64,000 nucleotides of DNA from Carpediemonas membranifera BICM (GCA_019828565.1 JAHDYR010000015.1:299926-363925); one strand, 5' to 3'; counted from the stretch's first letter, positions 35,098 to 46,041 are shown. Translations and numbers: made by a program. The notes: a model not told the origin generated them from the sequence alone.

Positions 35098-38000
35098 ATG
35101 GCAGAAGACTTCGTCGGTGAGCTGATGGACCTCGAAACCGGTCCTCAATTCGCGCACTGGCCGCTTAGTCAGTCAACAGAGGTAGTTGATTGCTTCAAGA
35201 TGAACTTCAAGGCCGAGATCACTGCCCTAGTTGAGGTTAAGCGCTCCTCCGTGGTTGTGTATGCATACGACGGCAACGCGTCTCCTAGATACATCTACAG
35301 GCACGTTTTCAATGATGCTATCCTGTCTGCGGCGAAGTTTGTCCATGAGGATGCCGATCGTCTGCTCCTTGCCTTCGAGGGCCACGTCTTCTCGTCATAC
35401 GAGTTCAATCCCCGCACATGGCGCCTCGAATGCAAGCATGTTGACCGCCTTGTGCCTCCTGAGGAGGAGGCGACCACCCACAACCAGCGGGTTGGGCACC
35501 TTGTCGTCGACGAGCACAGCCGCGTCGCATGCATGCTCGTGGGCCTCACCCTCCGCTACATCGCTGTAATCCCCCTCGTTGCCGACCAGGCCGAGGCATA
35601 TCTCATCACCCTGCCCAACTACGGCATCGTAGCCGGTCGGGACCTCGGCTTCCTTGCCCGCGGCGACCGGGCGGATCCGCTCATCGGCATTCTCCACGAA
35701 CCAACACCCACCACCCCTGGAAACCTCATCATCGCCTGCGACACGTGCTGCCTCACTGTGGCAGCCCTCAACGTCCCCCTCCAGCGCTGGGTCCACATGA
35801 AGTCGTTCGAGTCGCTCCCACATGACTCCTACCGAGTTGTGCCCGACCCGGCGCCGAGCCAGAGTACGGTCGTCATCAGTCCGTCCGCCGTGGTGTATAT
35901 TTCCCTCAATAGCCTGCAGGTAGACACGGTGGCCGTGAACCCCTTCTACTTCCCCCCGACGACGACGGACTCGTCCCGCAGACACGTGACCAAGCTCGAC
36001 GGAGTCATGCTCGACAAGAACCGGCCGATCGACTGCATCAGGGACATCAACGTCCGGGTGATCATGCCCGTCCGGGAGTACGACAACCCACCTGAGGACC
36101 CCCGCATCGTCCTCTCCGACGTCAGAGCACTGTGGATCACACCCACAAGGCTGCTCCTCGTCACCGATAGGGATAAGGGCCTTCTCGTATCCCTCACGGG
36201 CGGGACCGTGTCCGCCAAGGCACTCGACCCGGACACCGCGATCATTGGTACTGACGCTTTCTATGCTCTCTCATCAAATGATGAGGATGAGTCGGTGCAG
36301 TTTATGGCATCCACGACATCTGGGAACAACCGTGTTGTGCGGGCTGTTCTGTCCGATGAGGACGTCCCAGAGTTCACTGAGCGGTTCGTACTCGACCAGT
36401 CTGTCGAGCTGGACCAGCTCAGTGTGTCTGCAATCCCATACGTCGATGCCGTCGGCGCCATCAGAATCCCACAGATCAACCACTCCGCTGTCACTGTCAT
36501 GGCCACGCACGGCGGTATCCGTCGCGGCGTCGAGCATGCCCGCGGCCAGCCCGTCTCCCGCGCGGCCACCGTGTCGTCCGCCGTCGAGCTACCCCGGTCA
36601 GCGGGTTACTACCCCAAGGCCAGCGGCAAGCAGGTCGCCATGGCCCTCAGAGACGCCACGAACCTGTTCCATGCCGAGCTGCGGACGGCCAGCGCCAGTT
36701 CCGTGGGCAAGCGAAAGGCTGCGGACCGGAGGCCTGGCCAGACGGTCGAACTCGTCGTAGCGACGCACGATAACGTGTTCTTCGCGGACCCGAACCACCG
36801 TGAGGACTACCAGGCCACCACCGTGCTCCAGGTCCCCACTCTCTCCTTCAACGCCGTCTCAAAGCGCGGCGCTGATTCTGACCTAAAACTGCGCCATAGT
36901 CGAGTGCGTGCCTCAGCCATCGCGCTGCTGGTGGACTCGACGGGCACTGCAGACCTGGGCTGGGTGATCCTCCGCGACGCCGTGCTGGTCCTCCATCCCA
37001 ATGGCAGCAACGACCATCTGGGTCTAGCCGCGGGCGACGGGGCCAGGAGCCTGACACTGGGCGATCAGCCGCTCGCTAGCGGGACCACCATGGTATGTGC
37101 CACCCGTGTGAGCCGTGAGAGCGCGTTGGTCGTGCTCAAGGCGGTGTACCCGGACGGCCAAGGCGCAGAGATGGTGCTGGTCCGGCTTACCGCGGGCAAA
37201 ACGCAGCTTGAGCCGCTGCTGAGGATCGACAGTCTCTCCCCCGACAGCACGATGCCCATCAGCATCAGCTCAACCCCGTCATCCGTCTACATCGCCTCGG
37301 GCACCACAGTGTTGATCACATCATACCCCCGCAAGGGCACCATGCCCGAGGCCATCGGCTGGCTCGACCTCACAGCCGCCCCGGCCACAGCCAAGCGGGA
37401 GGTCGGGTCCGGGGCTGTCGTCGCAGTACAGCACCTCACCAAGGAGCTCGCCCGAGAGGCCATCTGCGTCATCTCAGCCGTGTTTGACTCACAATCTGAC
37501 ACTATCGCAGTCGGGTACGGGTCTGGCGTTGTCTGGCTGTACTCTACGGTCTCTTTCACCGCCAACGACCGCACCACTTTCCGTTTCATCCGCCAGTACG
37601 ACCCGATGCCGTTCCCCCCCGCCATGGTCGTCGCCGACGTCGAGTCGACAGTCGCGGTGCCCCGCATTGAGAGGCTGCTGCAGTTCCGCAGGGGTGAGGG
37701 GGCCCGGGCAACCATCGCAGCGGCCGGATTTGTCATGACGCCCCACGCCCGCGCCGTTTTCAGCCATGCCCGTGTCGCCCGGCTCACACACGGTCGGGCC
37801 GACTTCCATACCATCCGGCCTAGAGACGGCGTGCTCGACGACTTCGAGGGCGAGAACTCACGTCGGGATCCGGGAGCGCAGAGAATGACGGCATGCGCCA
37901 TGATGGCCGATAACATGATATTCGTCCATGACGGTGATTTATATAGCTGTAATGTATCTCATGTAGCACCAGACCGCATGATCAGCCTCGACCACGTGGT

Positions 38001-39720
38001 TGTTCGCGAGCTCCCCTTCAAGACTAGCAACAGCAACGTCGTGTCGGACCAAGGCGACGCCCTTGACCTCCAGCCCCCTGGGACAGCCGCCCATCTTCTC
38101 CGGCTGGTCTACCACTGGAAGTACAACGCCTTTATCGGGGTCGTGGCGACGGTGGCGGACATGAAGCCGGGTGACATGCCTGCTGAGAAGGTCAAGGAGG
38201 TCATCATCCAGACGGGTGGGGTCCTGCCTGAGCGGGACACCCACGACCCGCTGATCCGGGAGCCCTTCCACCGCATCGTGTTGTTCGATAGTGCCATGCT
38301 TCCGATCGATGAATATGTGCTCAAACGGCTGAAGTTCGAGCACTGTACTGATCTCAAGCTGGTCAATGTCACGTCCGACTTCATGGACTTCTACGGCGAT
38401 GACTTCGAGCCGGTGCTCCAAGCAAGGTGGGTTAAGAAAGAAGGCAAGCTCGTCAAGGAGGCCCGCAACATCCGCGGCACAGAGCAGGATGTGGCCAGGA
38501 GAGACCGGATCCGACAGCTGGTGTCGTCCCACGAGACACGGCTGCTCCCCATCGCCACGACCATGTACGGGGAAAATGAGACTCATCAGATCAGAGGCCG
38601 TATCATCGTGTTCGACCTCGAGCAGGTTACTACTGAGCTGCTCGACCGGGCCAGCGCTATGAGGAAGCAGCTCGAGGACGGCGACGACGGTGTGGCGAGT
38701 GAGGGTAACGTCATCGACTTGAAGCAGTTTGAGCGGGTCAACGGTGTCGCCCTGGACATCGAGGGGGCTAACGAGATCATCGACGACGAACCGGAGCAGG
38801 GCATCCTCAAGCGGAAGAGCGCCGTCCGGGACCTGAGACTCAGAGTCATAGCCATCCACGAGGAGAAGGCCCCAGTCGCCGCGGTCACCGGTACTGGTCG
38901 TGAGGGCAAGCTCATCACGGCCTCCGGCACGCAGACCCTCGGCTACGACCTCTTCTCGGCCAGAGAGCTGCTGAAGTGCTCGTTCTTGTTCTCTGGGGTT
39001 CATGGTCTGGCGATGGAGAACCTCAAGAACTTCATCCTCCTCGGCGACGCGAGACAGTCTCTCGCCCTCATCATCTTCATGGAGCGGGGGAACAGACTCA
39101 CCGTCCTCGGAAAACACTCGTTCAAGGCAGAGGCATCGAGCGTGCAGTTTATGCCATCAACGGACATGTATCTCGTCAACACAGACCCGCACGGGAACGT
39201 CCTGATCAGCAAGTTCGACGTCGACGACCCTGCCAAGAGGATCCGCGAGGAGCTCGACGTTGTCGCTGAGACGCACACGCCGTACCGCACGGCCCCCGGT
39301 ACTGCTATACAGCGGGTCCGGCTGAGAAACCCATTTACTAACGGGTTTGGCGATGATACACAGTACTTTAACATCGTCGGTCATCTCGACGGTGCTGTGA
39401 GTGCAATCTTGCCGCTCCCGACGGATAGTGCAGATGTCCTCGCCAAGCTGTGCCTCCTCGTGGCGCATCTGATGAACACCCAGTGCCTGTCGTCCGGTGT
39501 CAACTACCACGACGGCCACAGGGCCCTAAGAGACCAACCCCCGGCCGAGTTCGAGGCCGCCAAGGGGCCCACGCCCATACTGGTGGACGCGGCGTATCTC
39601 ACGGCATTCAACCTCATGCCGCGGGCCGCCCAGCAGGCAGTGGCGGACAGGCTTGCCCTGAGTGTGGACGCCGTGCTCAACGAGATAGCTTTGTACATAA
39701 GCCGAGTGGGGGCGTTCTGA
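35098..39720 (+). CDS. CPSF1: Cleavage and polyadenylation specificity factor 160-kDa subunit
   Basis: About 1540 aa beta-propeller type; ILHEPTPT...DTCC, LPHDSY..VP, RGRIIVFD, LKNFILLGDARQS. Confidence 0.8.
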   Translation: MAEDFVGELMDLETGPQFAHWPLSQSTEVVDCFKMNFKAEITALVEVKRSSVVVYAYDGNASPRYIYRHVFNDAILSAAKFVHEDADRLLLAFEGHVFSSYEFNPRTWRLECKHVDRLVPPEEEATTHNQRVGHLVVDEHSRVACMLVGLTLRYIAVIPLVADQAEAYLITLPNYGIVAGRDLGFLARGDRADPLIGILHEPTPTTPGNLIIACDTCCLTVAALNVPLQRWVHMKSFESLPHDSYRVVPDPAPSQSTVVISPSAVVYISLNSLQVDTVAVNPFYFPPTTTDSSRRHVTKLDGVMLDKNRPIDCIRDINVRVIMPVREYDNPPEDPRIVLSDVRALWITPTRLLLVTDRDKGLLVSLTGGTVSAKALDPDTAIIGTDAFYALSSNDEDESVQFMASTTSGNNRVVRAVLSDEDVPEFTERFVLDQSVELDQLSVSAIPYVDAVGAIRIPQINHSAVTVMATHGGIRRGVEHARGQPVSRAATVSSAVELPRSAGYYPKASGKQVAMALRDATNLFHAELRTASASSVGKRKAADRRPGQTVELVVATHDNVFFADPNHREDYQATTVLQVPTLSFNAVSKRGADSDLKLRHSRVRASAIALLVDSTGTADLGWVILRDAVLVLHPNGSNDHLGLAAGDGARSLTLGDQPLASGTTMVCATRVSRESALVVLKAVYPDGQGAEMVLVRLTAGKTQLEPLLRIDSLSPDSTMPISISSTPSSVYIASGTTVLITSYPRKGTMPEAIGWLDLTAAPATAKREVGSGAVVAVQHLTKELAREAICVISAVFDSQSDTIAVGYGSGVVWLYSTVSFTANDRTTFRFIRQYDPMPFPPAMVVADVESTVAVPRIERLLQFRRGEGARATIAAAGFVMTPHARAVFSHARVARLTHGRADFHTIRPRDGVLDDFEGENSRRDPGAQRMTACAMMADNMIFVHDGDLYSCNVSHVAPDRMISLDHVVVRELPFKTSNSNVVSDQGDALDLQPPGTAAHLLRLVYHWKYNAFIGVVATVADMKPGDMPAEKVKEVIIQTGGVLPERDTHDPLIREPFHRIVLFDSAMLPIDEYVLKRLKFEHCTDLKLVNVTSDFMDFYGDDFEPVLQARWVKKEGKLVKEARNIRGTEQDVARRDRIRQLVSSHETRLLPIATTMYGENETHQIRGRIIVFDLEQVTTELLDRASAMRKQLEDGDDGVASEGNVIDLKQFERVNGVALDIEGANEIIDDEPEQGILKRKSAVRDLRLRVIAIHEEKAPVAAVTGTGREGKLITASGTQTLGYDLFSARELLKCSFLFSGVHGLAMENLKNFILLGDARQSLALIIFMERGNRLTVLGKHSFKAEASSVQFMPSTDMYLVNTDPHGNVLISKFDVDDPAKRIREELDVVAETHTPYRTAPGTAIQRVRLRNPFTNGFGDDTQYFNIVGHLDGAVSAILPLPTDSADVLAKLCLLVAHLMNTQCLSSGVNYHDGHRALRDQPPAEFEAAKGPTPILVDAAYLTAFNLMPRAAQQAVADRLALSVDAVLNEIALYISRVGAF

Positions 39721-39795
39721 GGGGCGTGCCGGTAGTAAAGGAGATCGTTCATGGTGTTGTGGGGTTGAGATATATGGCTAACGAGGCAAGAGGTC

Positions 39796-39817
39796 TGTTG
39801 CGCAGTGTAAACACATT
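39796..39817. repeat. 22-bp direct repeat copy A (TGTTGCGCAGTGTAAACACATT); TSD and/or predicted guide
   Basis: Identical to 40649-40670; flanking bases differ on both sides. Confidence 0.95.
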
Positions 39818-39899
39818 TTTCGAACCTCCAAGACAGGGCCTGAAAGGAACGATCAAAGTGCCAAACTGCACAACATCATCCGTCCGTAGACGAATGTTG
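39818..39899 (-). ncRNA. Putative Fanzor omegaRNA scaffold (3' part)
   Basis: Three consecutive hairpins on the minus strand (39899-39871, 39871-39858, 39845-39818) with G-U pairs, overlapping the ORF stop and ending exactly at the direct repeat. Confidence 0.5.
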
Positions 39900-40648
39900 G
39901 CGGTTAGCCAATTGATGATACTGGAATGATGTTGGAAGGCGCGGGATAGATGTGCGACTGAACGGAGAGCCACTGAGCTCATCTTCCGTGGCAAGAGAAC
40001 GCCACAGGATGTTCTCTGCAGCACTCTTGTCCCGCTGATCAACATTCAGAGCATCAGGAACTGTTGCGCGCCACTGAGCACCACGGCACTGTGGATTTTC
40101 GCAGAGCATCACACGATGTGGGTGAACGTGCTGGTCATCACGCGGACGAACTCGCTTGTAGGGGGCGTGGCAGTGAGGGCAGACGGCGGTGGTGCGATCC
40201 TCGTTAACTATGTTAAGATCGACGACAATGTTATACCTCTTGAGAAGGCGTACTATCTCTCTCGCGAACTTTCGATATGGCGCGCAAGGAATGAACCACA
40301 GCTTCACAGAGTTGGCGTATCGGATGAACCACTTCCGGAGACTGGGACTCACTCCATGCGACTCCGCACGACCTTCGAGCTACGCGACCAGATCCTTAGT
40401 GGTAGTCTCCCGCCACATCGGCAGAGTGTCGAGCGACTGCACGATGGCCGCGTAGGCCTGACCCGGATGACCGCCGCGTACATGAGTGAGCAGTCCTTTG
40501 TGGAAGTCGGCGTCATGTAGGGGGAGTTGCCGGCGCTGCGCATAGCATTCAACCGCGAGCCGGGCCACGAAGAAGACGCTTTGTGGAAGCCCTGGAGAAG
40601 ACGATCTCCCTACCGACTTAAGACGTGAGTAGGAGGGAGACAGGGCAG
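39876..40648 (-). pseudogene. Fanzor/TnpB-like RuvC nuclease remnant (truncated, in-frame TAG at 40382-40380)
   Basis: IVNEDRTTAVCPHC...CENPQC...DQRDKSAAENI = RuvC-II Glu directly before a CxxC/CxxxxC Zn ribbon, then RuvC-III RD..AA.NI. No RuvC-I Asp motif seen. Confidence 0.85.
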
Positions 40649-40670
40649 TGTTGCGCAGTGTAAACACATT
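40649..40670. repeat. 22-bp direct repeat copy B
   Basis: Identical to 39796-39817; 59 nt upstream of the SURF6 ATG. Confidence 0.95.
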
Positions 40671-40729
40671 GTTTGTGTGCCCAATGCCCAAAAGTGCGGC
40701 TTCACCGTGTCGGCGCATCTAACAAGACA

Positions 40730-41731
40730 ATGGCCAAGGTTGATGCTCAAACCAGCGAAGTCACTAACAAATGGTTCGCTGAAGATGTGGTGTTCTTTTC
40801 TGGCTTGTGCAATATGATCTCACAGCGTTATTCCACTTCGAAGACGATTATGAGCTTCCCGATGAAGAAGGCCGAAAAGATCGAGCTCAAGAGAGGCTCC
40901 ATGGCCGCCCAGCTCTCCATCGAGCCCAAGTTCCCCACCGCCGGCCTCACTTTGAGCAACGTGGCTGAAGCCCGACCGGCAGCCATGAAGACGCTCAAGC
41001 CGGCCGCCAAGAAGCACGAGACTGCAGCTCCAGTGGCCCCGCTTCCTCCAGCTCCCCAGGAGCCCAAGGACCGGAAGGGGAAGAACCTGGACAGTAAGAG
41101 ACAGCGCAAGAAGGAGGTGGCGAAGGAAAAGGCGAAGGGCGACGCCAAGGAGAAGCCCGACAAGGCTTCCAAGCGGCCCGAGGCCAAGAAGGCTACTAAG
41201 CCCGCACATGAGCCCGAGACCAAGCGGGTCGAGCAGACGGAGGAGGCTGGTCCCGGTCCCGTGGACGACGACAGCGGCATCCTCATCCCAGAGGTGACCA
41301 AGCTGAAGCGGGTCCAGCGGCACCAGAAGAAGGACAACGCGGCGACCGAGCTGGCCAAGCTGTCGGCCCAGAAGCAGCTCCTGGACAAGATGAAGGGGTC
41401 CAAGCGGCAGACGGCAGAGCACAACCTCGAGATGGAGAAGGCCGCGCGGCGTCTGTCCGGTGCTAAAGTGCACGACGACGAGACCCGTCTGAAGGCCAGC
41501 CTCAAGCGAGACCAGGCACGGAAGCGGAAGGCGACGCAGTCCTGGAACGAGCGGGAGAAGGCGGAGGCGGAGGCCCAGCTGGGCAAACGGCCGAAGAAGG
41601 AGGCTGTCCGCAAGAACCAGGTGGCCGAGCCGGAGGAGGAGGCCCCGAGGATGACGCGGCGGGCAGCGAAAGAGCGGAAGGGCTTCGAGGGGGGCAAGGG
41701 ACGGCAGCGGAAACTCATCAACAAGAAGTAA
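40730..41731 (+). CDS. SURF6: SURF6/Rrp14 nucleolar protein
   Basis: Lys-rich; GAKVHDDETRLKASLKR..RK...W.ER and C-terminal RKGFEG. Confidence 0.82.
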   Translation: MAKVDAQTSEVTNKWFAEDVVFFSGLCNMISQRYSTSKTIMSFPMKKAEKIELKRGSMAAQLSIEPKFPTAGLTLSNVAEARPAAMKTLKPAAKKHETAAPVAPLPPAPQEPKDRKGKNLDSKRQRKKEVAKEKAKGDAKEKPDKASKRPEAKKATKPAHEPETKRVEQTEEAGPGPVDDDSGILIPEVTKLKRVQRHQKKDNAATELAKLSAQKQLLDKMKGSKRQTAEHNLEMEKAARRLSGAKVHDDETRLKASLKRDQARKRKATQSWNEREKAEAEAQLGKRPKKEAVRKNQVAEPEEEAPRMTRRAAKERKGFEGGKGRQRKLINKK

Positions 41732-41949
41732 ACATCGGATCGGATGGTGACTCGGGTGCATGGTGCGAGGGGAAGGCGGGTCTGGTCGCCGGAAGCGGCG
41801 GAACAGTTCCCTACTGTTTCGACCTTATTGAGTGACTGATACCAGCCGGGCAGGGGTGGCCCAAGATCCATCTCATTGCGACGCTTCGTTCGACATTGAC
41901 CCAAACCTGCGAACTGCGGATAAATCCCTCGAGGTGATTTGAGTCACCC

Positions 41950-42463
41950 CTGTCCGCTCACATCCGATTCGTCATTTTGGGGGTCGCGCCACATCTCGAC
42001 TCTGAAAGAACTGCGAGGGCAGGCCGGGAGGCCTTACAGCATAATCGGCCTGGGTCGGTCAGACTCTATGTCAACCCGGACTCCATCAGTCAACATGGCG
42101 CGTGAATGCATGCTTTGGAGCCCATTCCGAAGCTATATCGACCATCAATTTGGTGGGCGACATGTTCACCTGCCCTTCGAAATCCTCTCGAGACTGCGGG
42201 TCCGAAGCTGAGCGATGCCGTCACCTCGACTACAACCATCGAATCGCTGTCGCTCTGCCATAATGCTTGTATAGCCCTCTAACATCTGGATCCGGGCTTT
42301 TACCAGCGGGCGCACACTGGCAGTATGCGTTTGGAGTCGGCCCAAACTTCGATCTCGACCGACATCGAACATGGCGAATAGAGGTCGGAGAGGGCTGAAA
42401 CTCACACCATTACACTGTACGAGAAGCTCATACAGGATGGCTGACCCATCTTAGTCTTTAAAC
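41950..42463. repeat. Dispersed ~510-bp repeat, copy 2
   Basis: Near-identical to 16254-16766, with a 2-nt insertion near 42068. Confidence 0.9.
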
Positions 42464-43800
42464 TCCCAACCGTAATTTCTGGTGTCGCCGAAAATGACGA
42501 CTCAGGATGACTCGATCCACCCTCAGTCCGCACCCAGTGGCATCACCACAGCAAGAAGGCCTGGATAGAGTGCAATTGCCCCACCCGCAGCCTTGAACAC
42601 AACGTCCACCAGACCACCGTCCTCGAGATGGCCGCGCAGAATACGCCATCATTTTTCTTAAGATCCTGGTTGACGCAAGCAAGGGCCTGGACACGAACTG
42701 GACCCCTGCATCGTTCACGTTTGATCATTATCTCACCTTGATTCAGGGCAACTTCAGAGTGAGGAGGAGCTTCAGGGCTGGTGGATCCGCTGGACCCCGT
42801 CCCAGACAGTCCCAGTAACCACTCAGTCGCCTGACCAGTGGGAGCCTTCTGGCTGACTGCCCAGTTCTTGGTCTGTAATTTTTTTTCGCACATTCCTTCG
42901 CGAGCTCGAATAATCGTTCTCCAAGCACCTCTGCTGCTATATTTGTGTAGGATGCACATTTAAGACATATAGATCACGGTTCCTCGCTTTCGCTCTCTCA
43001 GTTTCGGTCACTTCTTCGTGCCGAACTAAACAACATCAATCAGGTGCTCCGACGGGACCCTGGAGCGGCAACAAGGTAAGTCCGCCACCATCAAATGATG
43101 TCAAAATCCTAGCTGTGCGCCACGGCGTCTTCGGACCCGTGGTATTGCATTGGCCTCTGGCCCTTGCTGCACACCGGGACATCCGCGCCACCTTACACGG
43201 CGCGGAACCCGGCTTCTAGCTAGGAGCGCGCGGGCGGTGTGTGACTGCCGCGCGGACATCAGATGGACCTGGGACAGTGAGCCTGGATGATACACTTGGA
43301 CGACCCAGCAGCTGCTGGCGGTTGGCGAGTGTATGCGGGAGGGCAAACCCGCGGCGTGGAGCCCCATCTGTGAGTCACACCCTTGGGGGTCATTTTCGTC
43401 CGAAAATTCCATTTGCCAGAATTGCCCTCTTTGCCAGCAATGGCCTCAGCTCTGCCACCCCCAACACACAACGAGATGCGCTCACCAACAGGTCATCCGC
43501 CAGTTTATTACCCACAAGAGACACTAGCCCCCCACGGGAGATCCAGAGTTCTCGTAAATATCCATAGGGCATGACCCTTCCTCTCCTGTGTCCAGGCGTG
43601 GACCGGTGGAGACTGCCCTTCTCGTAATATGCAAGACACCGCCCGAACGGGTACGGGCCCTGTCGGGTCTCGAACGACGAACAAAGGACGTGCGAGCGAC
43701 ACCAGATGAAGTGGGCAGCGCAATACAGCTCGAGAGTGTGTCTGGAATGGGTTCTCGGACCAGGAATCGTGGTCAAAACTGACAAAACATTTCGCAAGCG

Positions 43801-46041
43801 ATGGCTAACATACCGCTGGGCCATTCTGGGGCACAAGACCCGCTTGTATCAGTACAGTTCAGGAACACAGACACCGTATCACACATCGACACACCATCCG
43901 ACAGCGAACAAGCCCGCAAAGCCAATGAATTACGTGTTTTCCTCAACGAGTTGTGTTGCCGCCTGTATGAGATGGCGCCAAGCTCGCCATATGATGTATC
44001 TGCGATTGTGGACCACCGCAACCTCGTCCCCAACGAGTTCTCGGCCGAACGAGCCTGGAACCTGTTGAACCCCGTTCTCGGCAACATACGGGCCGCCCTC
44101 GACGACTCTGTCACCCTATACGAAAGCTCGCCCTTCGGTAGGCGGAATTCATCACCGCCCATCACGCCGCCCCGGCACAACAGCTCGCTGGACGTCCCAA
44201 TCGTCATATACGACAACTCTCCCTTCGGCATGCCCAATTCATCCCCACAGATCACTCCTCCCCGTCGCATCGTGGAGCGACTGACCCCCGCGAAGGAGCC
44301 CGACCTTCTCGACTCTCACGACCGGCAGGCCAGGGCTGTGATCAATCGATTGACCAAGACCGAGCTGCAGAAGATCAAGCTGAGCTCGCACATGGGGCGG
44401 GTGGAGCAGACGAAGGTAGCCCGTAACGAAGTCAGGGAGAGACTCCGGGCAACAGCGGAGGCGAAACAGCAGAAGGCCGCACAGCAGCACGAGGCCGAGC
44501 TCGAGCAGATCAAGGCGCGGGCGGAGACCACCACTGCCCGGGTACACACCGTCACACAGGGGAAGACGCGGCGCCGCAGTGAGACTGAGAGCAATGCGAC
44601 TCTCACAGCACTGCTCCCCAAGCACTCGAGTTCGAAGCTGAGGAAGGCGATGGCCAACGCCATGCCGCAGCTCCAGCCGCTGTCCACGCCCATCACGCAG
44701 GAGGACACGTCCCGCGACAGGAAGCTGTCCACGGCCCTCAGCGCCGCCCTCGGCCCCATGGACGTCGGGCCCTTTGACCCGCTCCCCGCCACGCCACCAG
44801 CGGCCCCAGTGGACGATGCAGTGGTCGCCGCCCTCGCCCGGGCGCCAGCCAACTCGGACCACGGTCCGCACGTCTACCGGCTCATGTGTAGGGCCTTGAG
44901 AGTCGTCACGGCCCCCGTCGCCGTCCGGGCAGTGTGCGCCATGTTCGCGGGGGCCGGGGAGAGCGTGGGGGTCGTGGCCAGGGCATGCGAACACGTTGCC
45001 CTCGTCCCGATACTGTCCAAGGCGGTCGACCTCTACCTGCCCCCGGCCCACAGAGCTGTTGGGAGCGCGCTCCGGTTCCTCGCCGCGTGCATCGACCAGT
45101 CCCCGCTCCAGGCCAAGCTTCTCATGGCCAGACTCGTTTCCCGGTCCAACATCCCTTTGCTAGCCTCAGAGGCTATCAACATCGGGCTCCGAGACCTCGA
45201 CGACACCTCAGGCCATGACCTGGTCGCCGTGGCCTCTGTACTGGCCGCCATCCTGCCCGCGGACCCCAATCCCACCATGAGCCACAAGACGGTACTTGAG
45301 ACCATCGTGCCGAGCGTGTCGATCAGCATCAGCACGGTGGTGGCCCGGACCCCGGAGAGGTACGGCCCCGTCGTCCTCACCCCGACCGAGACGGCCGTCG
45401 TCGGGTCCCTCTTGGACATCCTGCTGAGCGCGGTGTTCTTCGACAAGGAGTCGTTTGTCTCTGTCATCAACAGGGCGAACGTGGCGTTCCTAGACATCCT
45501 GCGGCACATCACCGCCGTCCTCCTCGCCTCAGACAGGGTCCTGGCCCACCGGCTGACGTGGGCAAGCACGCTGCTGGTCGGATGCATCGTCTCGAGGTCT
45601 CCGCTGAACGGCGTCGTCATGACCGGCGAGGTCCCGATCCTCTCACGGATCACCTCACTACCGGCCAACGCGTTCCTGAGGCCCGATCTGGCCGAGGTGT
45701 TCATCCCGACTCTCCTGGCCGCCGTGCTCGGTGACCCCGGGAGTCACGTGCTCGCAGTGATTAATTCAAAACTGGACCTTCGCTGTCTCCTGACGTATTT
45801 AGACACGGCCATATCTACGCTGCAGCAGGCCGGCTTGGGGATGCTCCTGGAGGGCCGAGGCACAGTCACGGGGGACGCGAGCATCGCCATGATCAAGGGC
45901 ATCATACACGACGCCTTCCCGCCAGCAGACAGCTGGTGTTACACCGACCACCGCTATCTGCTGTGGCACCGTGTTGCCCCGGCCTCGTGGAACTTTCTCA
46001 GGGATAAGATCCTCGCATTCCAGATGAGTGGAGATGAGTGA
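43801..46041 (+). CDS. SCAPER-like protein
   Basis: N-terminal W..L...NIRAALD, central coiled coil, and C-terminal ILSRITSLP...VFIPTLLAA...RVAPASW resemble SCAPER blocks. Confidence 0.55.
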   Translation: MANIPLGHSGAQDPLVSVQFRNTDTVSHIDTPSDSEQARKANELRVFLNELCCRLYEMAPSSPYDVSAIVDHRNLVPNEFSAERAWNLLNPVLGNIRAALDDSVTLYESSPFGRRNSSPPITPPRHNSSLDVPIVIYDNSPFGMPNSSPQITPPRRIVERLTPAKEPDLLDSHDRQARAVINRLTKTELQKIKLSSHMGRVEQTKVARNEVRERLRATAEAKQQKAAQQHEAELEQIKARAETTTARVHTVTQGKTRRRSETESNATLTALLPKHSSSKLRKAMANAMPQLQPLSTPITQEDTSRDRKLSTALSAALGPMDVGPFDPLPATPPAAPVDDAVVAALARAPANSDHGPHVYRLMCRALRVVTAPVAVRAVCAMFAGAGESVGVVARACEHVALVPILSKAVDLYLPPAHRAVGSALRFLAACIDQSPLQAKLLMARLVSRSNIPLLASEAINIGLRDLDDTSGHDLVAVASVLAAILPADPNPTMSHKTVLETIVPSVSISISTVVARTPERYGPVVLTPTETAVVGSLLDILLSAVFFDKESFVSVINRANVAFLDILRHITAVLLASDRVLAHRLTWASTLLVGCIVSRSPLNGVVMTGEVPILSRITSLPANAFLRPDLAEVFIPTLLAAVLGDPGSHVLAVINSKLDLRCLLTYLDTAISTLQQAGLGMLLEGRGTVTGDASIAMIKGIIHDAFPPADSWCYTDHRYLLWHRVAPASWNFLRDKILAFQMSGDE

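Noticed and set aside
39796-40670. 22-bp repeats as a CRISPR array
   Set aside because: Only two copies 831 bp apart, eukaryotic context, no cas genes.
42470-43790. Short ORFs between repeat copy 2 and the SCAPER-like gene
   Set aside because: No domain or codon-bias support; possibly decayed TE DNA but not assignable.
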